This document shows, in pieces, positions 9,955 through 22,535 of a DNA stretch of 44,044 nucleotides. The DNA is from Silvanigrellaceae bacterium (GTDB taxonomy: Bacteria; Bdellovibrionota_B; Oligoflexia; Silvanigrellales; Silvanigrellaceae), in contig JBMSQQ010000019.1 in assembly GCA_049423385.1 (NCBI GenBank), forward strand, positions 1 to 44,044, in the 5' to 3' direction. The notes beneath the pieces are model-generated. The model saw only the letters and a list, made by a program, of their open reading frames with translations, made no database searches and was not told the DNA's origin. Position 1 is the stretch's first letter; every line of letters begins with the position of its first letter. The position numbers were made by a program, and so were the translations under genes.

Positions 9955-11580
9955 GTGGACGTGGCTGAAAAAATCAAACCAGCAAAAATGCGCGCAGAGA
10001 AATTTGTAACGGCTTCCAATGTTGAAGTTGATGCACTCTATACGCCATCTCAGATTCGCTCAGGTGCAGACTTCACAAACGAACTCGGAACACCGGGAGA
10101 ATTTCCCTACACCCGTGGGGTTCATCCCACGATGTACCGCAGCCAATTCTGGACGATGCGCCAGTATGCCGGCTTTGCCACTGCAGAAGAATCAAACGCG
10201 CGCTACAGGTATTTGCTTCAACAAGGTCAGACCGGTTTAAGCGTTGCATTCGATTTGCCAACGCAAATTGGCTACGATTCAGACTCCGAATACGCCACCG
10301 GCGAGGTGGGCAAAGTGGGTGTCGCCATCGACACGCTGGCTGATATGGAGATTCTTCTCAAGGGTATTCCTCTCGACAAAATCTCCACTTCAATGACGAT
10401 CAATGCGTCCGCCAGTGTGCTTCTGGCGATGTACATTGCTGTTGGCGAAAAACAGGGAATTCCATCCGACAAACTGCGCGGCACAATTCAAAACGATATA
10501 TTGAAGGAGTATATTGCACGCGGCACATATATTTTTCCGCCACGGCAATCGATGCGACTCATCACCGACATCTTTGCCTTTTGTAAAGTGAAGGTTCCAC
10601 AATGGAACACCATTTCAATCAGTGGTTACCATATTCGGGAAGCCGGGAGCACTGCGTCAGAAGAAGTGGGCTTCACATTGGCCAACGGTATCGCGTACGT
10701 TCAGGCTGCCATAGACGCAGGTCTCGACGTTGACGATTTTGCGCCGCGGCTCAGCTTTTTCTTCAACTCCTTTACCGACCTCCTCGAAGAAGTTGGCAAG
10801 TTCAGGGCAGCACGTCGGCTGTGGGCCAAAATCATGCGGGAGCGTTTCAAGGCCAAAAATCCAAAAAGCTGGATGTTGCGCTTTCACACACAAACAGCCG
10901 GATCAACGCTCACAGCACAGCAGCCTGACAACAATATTGTGCGAGTCACGATCCAGGCTCTTGCAGCCGTCCTGGGTGGCACGCAAAGCCTGCACACCAA
11001 CTCGCGCGACGAGGCATTGGCACTTCCGGGTGAAGAATCCGCACGCATTGCGCTTCGAACTCAACAAATCATTGCGCATGAATCGGGCGTTGCAGAAACC
11101 GTCGACCCTCTGGCGGGCTCTTACTATGTGGAAGCCACCACCGACCGCATCGAGCAGGAAGCAGCGTCGCTCATCGCCAAAATCGACGCTATGGGTGGAG
11201 TCGTTCCTGCAATTGAACAGGGCTTTATTCAAGCCGCCATCCAGCACTCAGCCTACAGCTATCAAAAGGACATTGAGTCGGACAAAAGAATCATCGTTGG
11301 CGTCAACAAGTTCAAAATCGATGAGCCAGCTGCCAAAGGTCTCTTGAGAATCAGCCGGGTCGTTGAACAAAACCAAATCCAAAAGCTGCAAGAAATTAAA
11401 GCAAACAGAGACGCGGCACGCATCCAATCCGCTCTCACCGCTCTAAAAGCCGCCGCACAAACAGACAAAAACCTGATGCCCTTCATCCTTGAAGCAGTCA
11501 GGGCCTATGGGAGCGTCGGCGAAATCTGCAACACGCTGCGCGAGGTCTTTGGCGAGTACAAGGAACACGTTGTTCTGTAA
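9955..11580 (+). CDS. Methylmalonyl-CoA mutase, substrate-binding (large) subunit of a split enzyme
   Basis: [65 protein letters not shown]; Tyr/Arg specificity residues fit MCM rather than isobutyryl-CoA mutase; no B12-binding DxHxxG domain. Confidence 0.93.
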   Translation: MDVAEKIKPAKMRAEKFVTASNVEVDALYTPSQIRSGADFTNELGTPGEFPYTRGVHPTMYRSQFWTMRQYAGFATAEESNARYRYLLQQGQTGLSVAFDLPTQIGYDSDSEYATGEVGKVGVAIDTLADMEILLKGIPLDKISTSMTINASASVLLAMYIAVGEKQGIPSDKLRGTIQNDILKEYIARGTYIFPPRQSMRLITDIFAFCKVKVPQWNTISISGYHIREAGSTASEEVGFTLANGIAYVQAAIDAGLDVDDFAPRLSFFFNSFTDLLEEVGKFRAARRLWAKIMRERFKAKNPKSWMLRFHTQTAGSTLTAQQPDNNIVRVTIQALAAVLGGTQSLHTNSRDEALALPGEESARIALRTQQIIAHESGVAETVDPLAGSYYVEATTDRIEQEAASLIAKIDAMGGVVPAIEQGFIQAAIQHSAYSYQKDIESDKRIIVGVNKFKIDEPAAKGLLRISRVVEQNQIQKLQEIKANRDAARIQSALTALKAAAQTDKNLMPFILEAVRAYGSVGEICNTLREVFGEYKEHVVL

Positions 11581-11650
11581 GACAAACCAATTCCAACCTC
11601 TTGTGATAACTGAATTCTCTCATGATCCCCTGGTCCGTGCCGAAGCACTG

Positions 11651-11678
11651 TTGACAGCTGTCGACACCCGCTTAGATT
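11651..11678 (+). promoter_or_regulatory. Putative sigma70-type promoter of groESL
   Basis: TTGACA (11651-56), 16-nt spacer, TAGATT (11673-78). Confidence 0.55.
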
Positions 11679-11791
11679 CCCCCGCGCAGTGAGCGGAATG
11701 CGACACTTCTGGTCTTTGAATTCAACTTGACCAGTCATTGTGCATTCTCCGCAATCTTTGCTATGGATGAACCACATTTACAGGAGGCCCC

Positions 11792-12082
11792 ATGAAAGTC
11801 CGACCCCTCGCAGACCGTATTTTGGTAAAGCGCGTCGAAGAAGAAACCAAAACCGCCGGTGGAATTCTGATTCCTGACAACGACAAGGAAAAGCCGATGG
11901 AAGCAACTGTCGTTGCAGTTGGTGCAGGCAAGGTCCTCGCAGACGGCAAAGTGCGCCCGATGGAAGTCAAGGTTGGCGACCGCGTGATGTTCAGCAAATA
12001 CAGCGGAACCGAAATCAAGGTCGACGGCGGCGAACACCTCATTCTCCGCGAAGACGACATTCTTGGAATCATCAACAACTAA
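11792..12082 (+). CDS. groES: Co-chaperonin GroES
   Basis: [48 protein letters not shown]. Confidence 0.98.
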   Translation: MKVRPLADRILVKRVEEETKTAGGILIPDNDKEKPMEATVVAVGAGKVLADGKVRPMEVKVGDRVMFSKYSGTEIKVDGGEHLILREDDILGIINN

Positions 12083-13765
<1,683 letters not shown>

Positions 13766-13822
13766 TATCCGCCTTTGGCATCCATGTGGCGCAAATCCAC
13801 ATGGAATCGTTGCTTTTACACT

Positions 13823-13852
13823 GGCCTCGCGATAGCGAGGCCTTTGTTTTTT
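13823..13852 (+). terminator. Intrinsic terminator after groEL
   Basis: GGCCTCGC-GATA-GCGAGGCC followed by TTTGTTTTTT; a second hairpin TCCATGTGG..CCACATGGA (13781-13805) precedes it. Confidence 0.85.
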
Positions 13853-13946
13853 GTGTAAGGTTTTTCTGGACTCTACACAGCCACAATTCGTTTGCCGCCA
13901 CAACGAGCGACAAACATCAAAACCGTTTTGTTCGAGGAGTATCCCA

Positions 13947-15110
13947 ATGAACGTCCATGAGTATCAGGCCAAGGAACTTCTGGCGAAATTCGGCCTGAAC
14001 ATTCCCAAGGGAAAACTCTGCTACACACCTACCGAAGCAGAATGGGCAGCACGTTCCTTTGGCCCCGGCGCCCTTGCTGTGGTCAAAGCACAAATCCATG
14101 CCGGCGGCCGCGGAAAGGGTGGGGGCGTGAAACTGGCCCGCACACCTGACGAAGCACGCGACTGGGCGAGCAAGATTATCGGCATGCAACTGGTCACGCC
14201 GCAAACGGGTCATCAAGGCAAAAAAGTGCACAAAGTCCTCGTTGCCCAGGGCTCCGATATTGCCAAGGAGTATTACCTGAGCTTTGTGGTCAATCGTGAA
14301 GCCGATTCCGTTGGCGTCATGGCATCCACCGAAGGCGGAATGGACATCGAAGAGGTTGCAGAAAAGCATCCTGAAAAAATCGTCACCGCAAACATCGACC
14401 CCACAGTTGGCCTCATGCCGTTCACAATTCGCATGATGAGCGCACGTCTTGGATTCACAGGCCCACTTGCCAAAGAATTCGATAAAACCCTGCGCGGACT
14501 TTTCAACGCGTTCATGGCTTTCGATTGCTCAATGATTGAAATCAATCCTCTGGCAGTAACTAAAGATGGCCAGATGCAAATTCTCGATTGCAAAATGGCA
14601 TTCGACGAAAACGCTCTGTTCCGTCATCCGGAAATCCAAGATCTTCGTGACTACGAAGAAGAAGATTCACGCGAACTCGAAGCCTCAAAATTTGGTTTGA
14701 GCTACGTTTCGCTGGAAGGAAACATCGGCTGTCTTGTGAATGGCGCAGGACTTGCCATGGCAACCATGGACATCATCAAACAAAAAGGCGGACAACCTGC
14801 CAACTTCCTCGATGTGGGCGGTGGAGCAAACCAGGAAACCGTGACCCAAGCGTTCCGAATCATCCTCAAGGATGCGGCCGTGCGCGGAATTTTCGTCAAT
14901 ATCTTTGGCGGCATCATGAAGTGTGATGTGATTGCCAATGGCATTGTCGCTGCTGCCAAAGAGCTTGGCCTGAAAGTTCCGTTGGTGGTGCGCCTCGAAG
15001 GAACGAACGTTGAACTGGGCAAGAAGATCCTGGGCGACTCCGGGCTCAACATCATTGCGGCCAATTCCATGAGCGATGGAGCAGAAAAGATTGTTCGCGC
15101 AGTGCGCTGA
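13947..15110 (+). CDS. sucC: Succinyl-CoA synthetase beta subunit
   Basis: [59 protein letters not shown]. Confidence 0.98.
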   Translation: MNVHEYQAKELLAKFGLNIPKGKLCYTPTEAEWAARSFGPGALAVVKAQIHAGGRGKGGGVKLARTPDEARDWASKIIGMQLVTPQTGHQGKKVHKVLVAQGSDIAKEYYLSFVVNREADSVGVMASTEGGMDIEEVAEKHPEKIVTANIDPTVGLMPFTIRMMSARLGFTGPLAKEFDKTLRGLFNAFMAFDCSMIEINPLAVTKDGQMQILDCKMAFDENALFRHPEIQDLRDYEEEDSRELEASKFGLSYVSLEGNIGCLVNGAGLAMATMDIIKQKGGQPANFLDVGGGANQETVTQAFRIILKDAAVRGIFVNIFGGIMKCDVIANGIVAAAKELGLKVPLVVRLEGTNVELGKKILGDSGLNIIAANSMSDGAEKIVRAVR

Positions 15111-15175
15111 ACCAATCGTCGGCTTGATTGCAGTTTTATTTTGAATTCAAAGCTTGAACCAAGGGGACTTCTCAA

Positions 15176-16051
15176 ATGGCTATTCTGGTTGGCAAAGACA
15201 CTCGCCTCATTTGTCAGGGCATCACCGGCAGCGCCGGACTCTTTCACTCCGAAAAATGCGCCGAGTATGGAACCAATCTCGTCGGCGGCGTGACCCCCGG
15301 CAAGGGCGGCACCAAGGTGCTCGATCGCCCCATTTTCAACACGGTCTATGAAGCACGCAAAGAAGCGGGCGCAAATGCAACGATGATCTTTGTTCCGCCT
15401 CCATTTGCTGCCGACGCAATCCTCGAAGCCATCGATGCTGGCATTGAACTCATCGTTGCGATCACCGAAGGCATTCCCGTTCTCGACATGTTGAGGGTGA
15501 AGAAAGCCCTGGGGCATGCCAACGGCAAAAGCCGCTTGATTGGTCCAAACTGCCCTGGCGTCATCACTCCCGGCGCCTGCAAGATCGGCATCATGCCTGG
15601 CCACATCCACAAGCCTGGCCGAGTTGGTGTTGTTTCGAAGTCTGGAACACTCACCTACGAAGCGGTGGGTCAGCTGACGGCTCTGGGCATTGGCCAAAGC
15701 TCTTGTGTGGGTATTGGTGGCGACCCTCTGCACGGAACAAGCTTTATCGACGTTCTCGATTTGTTCAACAAAGACGCCGACACCGACGCAGTCATCATGA
15801 TTGGTGAAATTGGTGGAACTTCTGAAATCCAGGCTGCTGAATGGATCAAGGCCAATATGAAGAAACCTGTTGTTGGTTTTGTTGCTGGCCAGACAGCTCC
15901 CAAAGGCAAGCGCATGGGCCATGCCGGAGCCATCATTTCAGGCGGCAAGGGCACAGCAGCAGAAAAATACGAAGCAATGCGTGAATGCGGCATCCACACC
16001 GTGTTGAGCGCTGGCGAAATTGGCGACACCCTCAAGGCTGCGCTGCGCTGA
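15176..16051 (+). CDS. sucD: Succinyl-CoA synthetase alpha subunit
   Basis: [37 protein letters not shown]. Confidence 0.98.
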   Translation: MAILVGKDTRLICQGITGSAGLFHSEKCAEYGTNLVGGVTPGKGGTKVLDRPIFNTVYEARKEAGANATMIFVPPPFAADAILEAIDAGIELIVAITEGIPVLDMLRVKKALGHANGKSRLIGPNCPGVITPGACKIGIMPGHIHKPGRVGVVSKSGTLTYEAVGQLTALGIGQSSCVGIGGDPLHGTSFIDVLDLFNKDADTDAVIMIGEIGGTSEIQAAEWIKANMKKPVVGFVAGQTAPKGKRMGHAGAIISGGKGTAAEKYEAMRECGIHTVLSAGEIGDTLKAALR

Positions 16052-16092
16052 AACAAACAGAGCACAGCCGCAATGACTGTGCTCTGTTTGTT
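16052..16092. terminator. 16-bp inverted repeat, probable terminator between convergent sucD and kefC
   Basis: AACAAACAGAGCACAG-9 nt-CTGTGCTCTGTTTGTT. Confidence 0.75.
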
Positions 16093-16125
16093 CACCTGCT
16101 CCGTAACAGCGACTGCCAAGCTCTT

Positions 16126-17955
16126 TTATTTCTGAATCCACGCCGAATCGGCGCTGCCTTCCTGAAGATTTTTTTCATCATTTGCAAAGAGACTCTCGAT
16201 CTCTTCTCTGGCCGCCTTCATTGACGACGCGAAAACGGGTCTGTCCTTGTGAATCTTGTGCATCTTCTCGACGATGCCGAGATCGTAGCGATGAAAGTAT
16301 TTGCTCAGTTTGCGTGCCTGAAAGGAATGCACGCCCAACGAAAGCAATACCCTCTCTCCAAGCGAAAGGGCGGCATTGAAAGTCTCTCTTTCAATATCCT
16401 GAACACCCAGGTCCATCAGCTCATACATGTGGAGCATATCGAATGCACGTGCCAGGATCCGAATGTGCGGATAATGCTTTCGAACTTGCTCAGCAATACG
16501 AGTACATCCATCACGGTCGTCAATGGCAAGAACCAACGCCTTTGCGTGTTCGATACCCGCAGACTCAAGCAGATTCATGTCGGTTGCATCACCGTAATAA
16601 ACCTTGAAACCAAAGGGACGAACTCGGTCCAAAAGATCGGGGCTGTGGTCCACAATCGTGGCGCGGATTCCTTGGGAGTGAATAAAGCGGACGATGATTT
16701 GGCCAAATCGTCCCATCCCGGCGACAATGACGGGATCATGATCAGATTCGATTTTATCTGCTTCTTTTGTTTTTTCCGGGGACTTTTTAACCAAAAGTTT
16801 CTCGGTCGCCTTCAAAAGAAAAGGTGTGGAAAACATCGACAAGGCAACAACAAGCGTCAACTCGGATGCCTGATCAATCGTGAGTGCTCCCAGATTGCGT
16901 GCAGTGGAGAACAAAACAAATGCAAATTCGCCACCCTGAGAAAGAAGAATGGAAAAAAACCAGGCTCCACGCGACTCATGCCCAAAAAGCTTCGCACATA
17001 ATTTAAGAAGGATTATTTTGCTGGCCAACAAAACAACCACGGTCATCAAAATCTGGGTTGGCTTTTCCGCAAGAATCGAGAAGTTCATGGAGCTGCCGAC
17101 AGCTGTAAAAAAGATACCCAGAAGCAGGCCCTTGAAGGGCTCAACATTGCTTTGCAATTCGTGGCGATACTCGCAATCGGCAAGCACCACACCCGCCAGG
17201 AAAGTTCCCAGTGCCATCGACAAACCAATGCTGTCCATGACAAGCGCAATCCCGACAACAATAAACAGCGACAGCGCAGTAAAGATCTCTTTCTGCCGTG
17301 TTTTTGCGATCCAATGAAACAGGGGACGAACGAGAACACGGCTGAAAACAAACAAGCCGACGATAATCCCAATTGCAGCCAAAGATCTCATCAGCGGCGA
17401 CATTGAAGCTTGTCCCGCACCCGACCCGCTCTGCTCCGTTCCCAGCAACGGCAAAATTGCCAAGATTGGAATCACAGCCAAATCCTGGAAAAGCAGAACA
17501 GAAAAAGAATCCTTTCCAATGCCAGTTTGAGCGATTCCACGTTCAGCCAGGATCTGCAACACAATGGCGGTCGAGCTCATGGCAAAGCCCAGCCCGGCAA
17601 CAATTGCTGCAGATGAATTCCAACCCATGACGATCGCGGTAACCAATGCAATCACCGCGGCGCATGACAGAACCTGAAGACTGCCGAGACCAAAAATGCT
17701 CTTGCGCATGGACCACAATCGTTTTGGCTCAAGTTCCAGACCAACGAGAAAAAGAAGCATGACCACGCCAAACTCGGCAACGTGCAAAATGTCATCGGAG
17801 TTTGTCAGAAGCTTGAGGCAAAACGGACCAATCACAGCACCTGCCACAAGGTATCCAAGCACGCTTCCAAGCCCCAATCGCTTTGCGATTGGCACACTGA
17901 CAACACCGGCTGCAAGGAGTGCAGCGATGGTGGAAAGCAAATTCTGTCCGCTCAT
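16126..17955 (-). CDS. kefC: Glutathione-regulated K+ efflux system protein (KefC/KefB, CPA2 + KTN)
   Basis: LGLGSVLGYL, FAMSSTAIV, LLFQDLAVIP, HELQSNVEPFKGLLLG, SQGGEFAFV, KTN GMGRFG, YYGDAT, RETF; ATG overlaps upstream TGA. Confidence 0.92.
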   Translation of the reverse strand: MSGQNLLSTIAALLAAGVVSVPIAKRLGLGSVLGYLVAGAVIGPFCLKLLTNSDDILHVAEFGVVMLLFLVGLELEPKRLWSMRKSIFGLGSLQVLSCAAVIALVTAIVMGWNSSAAIVAGLGFAMSSTAIVLQILAERGIAQTGIGKDSFSVLLFQDLAVIPILAILPLLGTEQSGSGAGQASMSPLMRSLAAIGIIVGLFVFSRVLVRPLFHWIAKTRQKEIFTALSLFIVVGIALVMDSIGLSMALGTFLAGVVLADCEYRHELQSNVEPFKGLLLGIFFTAVGSSMNFSILAEKPTQILMTVVVLLASKIILLKLCAKLFGHESRGAWFFSILLSQGGEFAFVLFSTARNLGALTIDQASELTLVVALSMFSTPFLLKATEKLLVKKSPEKTKEADKIESDHDPVIVAGMGRFGQIIVRFIHSQGIRATIVDHSPDLLDRVRPFGFKVYYGDATDMNLLESAGIEHAKALVLAIDDRDGCTRIAEQVRKHYPHIRILARAFDMLHMYELMDLGVQDIERETFNAALSLGERVLLSLGVHSFQARKLSKYFHRYDLGIVEKMHKIHKDRPVFASSMKAAREEIESLFANDEKNLQEGSADSAWIQK

Positions 17956-18506
17956 CCAAGCTCTCCTGTTCGAAGGTAGTTTTGCAGAAGTCTCTCGTAA
18001 GAATGGCATTCATTTTCAATTTGATCTTCAGAAAGACCACGCGCTCCATAGACAACGTGCGGTTTGAAAAATTTCATTCCACACAAATGCGCGGTTTGAT
18101 CAAATGGAGAAAAGAAAGTCGCGATTTCAAATCGATTGCTTCCACTGCTGCTGTATGCCTCATTCGAGCCGCCCGCACTGACCACATTCAACATTTTTTT
18201 GCCGTTTAACTTGGTTCCTCCAGTGCCATACGCCCAGCCATACTCAAGGACTTCGTCAATCCATAATTTCATCAGTGGCGGACACGAATACCAATAGACC
18301 GGATGTTGAAAAACAATCAGATCGTGGGCTTCGGCGATCTGCTGTTCTTTTTTGACGTCAATCAAATAATCAGGGTAGATCCCATACATGTCCCTGAACA
18401 AAACGCCCGGAATACTTGCTGCAGTCTCACTCAGCGCACTTCCAACCTTGGAAGTTTTCAAATTGGGATGAAAAAACAGGACTACAATCTTGCGCTCTGC
18501 CGACAT
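17952..18506 (-). CDS. kefF: Flavodoxin-like NAD(P)H oxidoreductase, KefF/KefG ancillary protein
   Basis: FFHP, YPDYLIDV, FQHPVYWYSCPPLMKLWID, GWAYG; directly upstream of kefC. Confidence 0.9.
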   Translation of the reverse strand: MSAERKIVVLFFHPNLKTSKVGSALSETAASIPGVLFRDMYGIYPDYLIDVKKEQQIAEAHDLIVFQHPVYWYSCPPLMKLWIDEVLEYGWAYGTGGTKLNGKKMLNVVSAGGSNEAYSSSGSNRFEIATFFSPFDQTAHLCGMKFFKPHVVYGARGLSEDQIENECHSYERLLQNYLRTGELG

Positions 18507-18611
18507 GAAAACTCCCCGCAATGGACGTGCAGGGATTCTAACAAGCCGATTTTGAAAACTAAAAGTGTCTGGAAACAGGACAGTCAAAATTTCATTTCAA
18601 AACGAACATCT

Positions 18612-19280
18612 CTACTGACTTTTTAAAATCTGCTCACCTTCAAGAATGCGGTTGGCTCCGCCACGGGTCAATTGCAGACCACATTCCACCAAGGCATGGG
18701 CCACATCCGCCGCCTGCACGGGTGCGTATTTCGAAAGGGAACCAGCAAGAACACCGCGTATGACGCCATGAAATGGCTCCGTACATGCGCGCGCCAGGCC
18801 TTCAAAAAATCTGAACTCCTGCCGCCGACCCAGCAGCAAGGACGGCCTGACAATCACCCACGACAAACCACTGTCGATGACGCGCTTCTCCAACTCGGCT
18901 TTGGTGTTGAGATAAAATCCGCGTGGTTTGTCGGCACCCACCGACGAAACCAATGCAAAAACAGGCCGCCTGGACTTCACCGAAGCCATAAGGCGCGAGG
19001 GATACTCGAGATCCACTTTCAAAAATTTTTCCTTTGAACCCGCGGTGCGGATGGTTGTTCCCAGGCTGCAGAAAAAAACATCGCATGGCTGTTGGGACAG
19101 CCATTCAAAATCAGCCGCGCTGTCGAAATCGAAAATCCGGTATTCAATATTCGGTGACGTCGACAACTCTGGCAGCTTGCGTCGGACCAACGCTGTCACA
19201 TGCACGTCTTGACGTTTGGCAAGAAGACGCAGGATTTCTTGCCCCACCAATCCGGTTCCACCTGCAACAACAACATTCAT
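18612..19280 (-). CDS. NAD(P)H-binding atypical SDR (YraR/TIP30-like)
   Basis: AGGTGLVG, CSLGTTIRTAGS, VSSVGAD, FYLNTK, RPSLLLG. Confidence 0.88.
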   Translation of the reverse strand: MNVVVAGGTGLVGQEILRLLAKRQDVHVTALVRRKLPELSTSPNIEYRIFDFDSAADFEWLSQQPCDVFFCSLGTTIRTAGSKEKFLKVDLEYPSRLMASVKSRRPVFALVSSVGADKPRGFYLNTKAELEKRVIDSGLSWVIVRPSLLLGRRQEFRFFEGLARACTEPFHGVIRGVLAGSLSKYAPVQAADVAHALVECGLQLTRGGANRILEGEQILKSQ

Positions 19281-19341
19281 AGGTGCATCCTCGCAGTGAC
19301 TTTACCTTCAACGAATATCTCGATGCCGAACATCTTAAACA

Positions 19342-19370
19342 AAAAAGCCCCGCCTGGGTGAGGCGGGGCT
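19342..19370 (-). terminator. Intrinsic terminator of ssb
   Basis: Minus strand AGCCCCGCCT-CACCC-AGGCGGGGCT followed by a T-run. Confidence 0.88.
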
Positions 19371-19399
19371 GTGACAAGAACGACAGTCTTGATTCTTTT

Positions 19400-19903
19400 T
19401 CAGAATGGAACGTCGTCGTCGAGATCGACGCTGCGTGAAGCATTGCCAGTGGCGGCTGTCGAGCGATTTCCGCCGCCGTTGTCGTACGAAGGGCCGCCGC
19501 CGAAAAACGGATTCTCAGCACCAACATCACCGGAGAAGTCATTCCCCGAAGACGCTTCAGCACCACGACCTGTGCCCGAATCCAGAAACTGGATGTTGCT
19601 TGCAACGATTTCGGTGGAATAACGTTTCTGACCCGATTGCTGATCATCCCAGCTGCGTGTCTGAAGCTTGCCTTCGATGAAACAAGAACGACCCTTCTTG
19701 AGGTACTTGCCAGCCAACTCGGCCTGGCGTCCCCAAACCACGATGCGGTGCCACTCGGTTCTTTCTTCCTTGTTGCCATCCTTCATCCAGGACTCACTCG
19801 TCGCCAGGCGCAAACTACACACGGCTTGACCATTGGGAGTCATGCGAACCTCAGGATCTTGTCCCAAACGACCAATCAAAATGACCTTATTCACACCTTG
19901 CAT
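19400..19903 (-). CDS. ssb: Single-stranded DNA-binding protein
   Basis: [33 protein letters not shown], acidic tail DDDVPF; AGGAG RBS. Confidence 0.98.
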   Translation of the reverse strand: MQGVNKVILIGRLGQDPEVRMTPNGQAVCSLRLATSESWMKDGNKEERTEWHRIVVWGRQAELAGKYLKKGRSCFIEGKLQTRSWDDQQSGQKRYSTEIVASNIQFLDSGTGRGAEASSGNDFSGDVGAENPFFGGGPSYDNGGGNRSTAATGNASRSVDLDDDVPF

Positions 19904-20204
19904 ACCTGTATCTCCTGCTCCGATTGTTCCGACGCTTGTGAATGCACACTTAAATCGCATCTGCTGCCCGGTCAACAGAGGAAAACCAACCGAACGGAAC
20001 CCGGTCGGCCGACCGGAAATCATCGCTCTGCAATGTCAGGGACTTGACATGGTCTGCAGGGGCCTCCCCCCATGGCCCCGTTCAGGCTAAACTTCAAAGA
20101 GATCTGGCCGACATCAAGAGGGTTTTGCTTGCTGCCAACCCGTCCGGCTGATAAGCAAACAGATGGGTTGGAGTGCTTGACGACTCGAGCATCTTCGGTC
20201 CCGA

Positions 20205-21176
20205 GTGGCAGGGAGAGACGAATTGAACCAGAGAACAGTGGCACGAAGTATACGCCACAGCGGAATCGGCCTTCACTCAGGCAGTGTTGTCCATCTGGAA
20301 ATTCATCCCGCCGCCGCCAACACGGGCATTCGCTTTGTTCGAACAGACCTCAGCCCGAACGTGGAAATTCAAGCGCATCCCAACTCCGTGTTCGATACCA
20401 CACTGGCAACGCGTCTGGGCTCACCAGCTGCGTACGTGTCGACGGTTGAACACCTGATGGCTGCCCTATTCGGACTCGGCATCGACAATGCCAGAATCCT
20501 CGTCAATTCATCGGAAATGCCCATCGTCGACGGCTCTGCCGCTCCCTGGCTGATCCTCCTTGACGAAGCAGGAATTGAAGATCTCGGCGTGGAACGTACC
20601 GTTCGAATCGTTAAAAAAGCCATTGAAGTGGTCGATCCTCGGGACCCAAGCCGTTTTATTCGCATCGAACCAAGCAAAGAGCCGCTCATCACCTACTCAA
20701 TTGATTTCAAAAACAACAACGTCATCGGCTCCCAGAGCCTGACGATTTCCCTCACGGGACGGAGTTTCTGCGAAACCCTGTCGCATGCCCGAACCTTCTG
20801 CACGGCTGAAGAAGTCGACTTTATGCGCTCGCGTGGCCTCGCCCTGGGTGGAAGCCTGCACAATGCAATCGTCGTGAGTCGCACCGATGGCCTGTTGAAC
20901 ACCGGCGGCTTGCGGACCCCCGATGAATTCGTGCGTCACAAGATTCTTGACTGCATTGGCGACCTGGCCCTGCTGGGAACACCTCTTTCTGGCCATGTGA
21001 TTGCCCACAAAGCCGGCCACGACCTGCACACCGCTTTGGCCAAAAAACTCTCCGAACCATCGGATGCCATTGAAATCAAATCGAACAAGGGTCGGGCGCG
21101 CAACCGATGGCTCGACTTCCCCACAAGCCTGGCGGAACTCCCCGATTTCGCCTCTTTGAGTCTTGTCACCGGCTGA
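20205..21176 (+). CDS. lpxC: UDP-3-O-acyl-N-acetylglucosamine deacetylase
   Basis: QRT..GIGLHSG, TVEHLMAAL, PIVDGSA, ARTF, RHKILDCIGD, GHDLH. Confidence 0.96.
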   Translation: MAGRDELNQRTVARSIRHSGIGLHSGSVVHLEIHPAAANTGIRFVRTDLSPNVEIQAHPNSVFDTTLATRLGSPAAYVSTVEHLMAALFGLGIDNARILVNSSEMPIVDGSAAPWLILLDEAGIEDLGVERTVRIVKKAIEVVDPRDPSRFIRIEPSKEPLITYSIDFKNNNVIGSQSLTISLTGRSFCETLSHARTFCTAEEVDFMRSRGLALGGSLHNAIVVSRTDGLLNTGGLRTPDEFVRHKILDCIGDLALLGTPLSGHVIAHKAGHDLHTALAKKLSEPSDAIEIKSNKGRARNRWLDFPTSLAELPDFASLSLVTG

Positions 21177-21211
21177 TTGACATTCTCCGCTCTTCCTTGG
21201 AAGAAATCCGC

Positions 21212-21239
21212 TTGACACAGAGCCTGTGTGGCTTAGCTT
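21212..21239 (+). promoter_or_regulatory. Putative sigma70-type promoter of dnaJ
   Basis: TTGACA (21212-17), 16-nt spacer, TAGCTT (21234-39). Confidence 0.5.
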
Positions 21240-21297
21240 TGCCGTGGTCGTCTGCCCTGGATTCTGCCGGGGTCGCCACAAGTTGAGGAAAACCGGG

Positions 21298-22437
21298 ATG
21301 GCACAACAAAAACGTGATTACTATGAAATTCTAGGCGTCGCCAAAACAGCGGCCGCGGACGACATCAAGCGGTCATACCGAAAGCTCGCATTGCAGTTCC
21401 ATCCCGACAAAAACCCCGGCGACAAAGCCGCCGAAGAAAAATTCAAGGAAGCGGCTGAAGCATACGAGATTCTGAGCGATGCCGACAAACGTCGGCGATA
21501 CGACCAATTTGGTCATGCTGGTGTCCAGGGTCCCGGCGGAGCGAACGGATTCAACAACGTTGATGACATTTTCGAACACTTTGGCTCGATTTTTGAAGAT
21601 ATTTTCGGATTTGGCGGCATGGCCGGCGGTGGTCGCAGAAGAAGCGGGGGTGGAAATCGCGCCCGCCGCGGTGCCGATTTGCGTTATGATCTGCAAATTT
21701 CATTCAAGGAATCCGTTCTTGGAGCGGAAAAAAAGATCGAAATTCCTCGTCGTACGCAATGCACCAGCTGCGAAGGCAGCGGAGCGGCCAAGGGAACCAA
21801 GCCCGTGACCTGCAACACCTGTCGCGGTCATGGACAAGTGCACGTGCAACAGGGCTTCTTCACCTACGCCAGCACATGTCCTGATTGTTCGGGTTCCGGA
21901 AAGAAGATCACCAACCCCTGCGTTGATTGCCGTGGCTCGGGCTTCATGACCAGGACAAGCACCATTTCGGTCAAGGTGCCATCGGGCATCGATGCGGGAA
22001 TGCGTTTGCGGGTTGCGGGTGAAGGAGAGGCTGGCGGCAATGGCGGCCCGTCGGGCGATCTTTACGTGTTCATTGATGTTGCCGAAGATCCAAAATTCAA
22101 GCGCGAAGAATTCGATCTCATCTATCCTCTCAAGCTCGGCGTGGCCCAGGCTATTCTTGGCACAGAGATTTCGGTGGATTGTTTTGAAGACGAACCACGT
22201 AAAATCGACATTCCGGCGGGCGTGCAACCGAACCAGCGGCTCATCATCCAGGGTGCCGGCATTCCAAAACTGGAAAAATATGGCCGCGGAAAAGGTGACC
22301 TTGTCATTGAAATTTCAATCGAAATCCCGACACGACTTTCCAAGGATGCCGAAGATCATCTGCGGGCCTTCGCAGAAAAGCATGGCGAATTCGTCAAAGG
22401 CCAGGGGAGTGGCTTTTTCGAACGGATTTTTGGATAA
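21298..22437 (+). CDS. dnaJ: Molecular chaperone DnaJ
   Basis: J-domain HPD, G/F-rich region, four CxxCxGxG repeats, C-terminal domain. Confidence 0.97.
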   Translation: MAQQKRDYYEILGVAKTAAADDIKRSYRKLALQFHPDKNPGDKAAEEKFKEAAEAYEILSDADKRRRYDQFGHAGVQGPGGANGFNNVDDIFEHFGSIFEDIFGFGGMAGGGRRRSGGGNRARRGADLRYDLQISFKESVLGAEKKIEIPRRTQCTSCEGSGAAKGTKPVTCNTCRGHGQVHVQQGFFTYASTCPDCSGSGKKITNPCVDCRGSGFMTRTSTISVKVPSGIDAGMRLRVAGEGEAGGNGGPSGDLYVFIDVAEDPKFKREEFDLIYPLKLGVAQAILGTEISVDCFEDEPRKIDIPAGVQPNQRLIIQGAGIPKLEKYGRGKGDLVIEISIEIPTRLSKDAEDHLRAFAEKHGEFVKGQGSGFFERIFG

Positions 22438-22535
22438 TCCCAGACGGCATTTTGCATGCGAAAGCCAGAGTTCAAGCTCTGGCTTTTCTATTCCCATTGA
22501 AATGCATTTTGGACCGACCACGAGGAAGCGCGAAC

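Noticed and set aside
9955..11580. Methylmalonyl-CoA mutase lacking its B12-binding domain as a possible pseudogene
   Set aside because: Split two-subunit mutases are well known, and the ORF ends at the normal boundary (LREVFGEY)
15140..15151. Palindrome TTTGAATTCAAA between sucC and sucD, matching the groES leader loop
   Set aside because: Short and AT-rich, with no shared regulatory logic; likely chance
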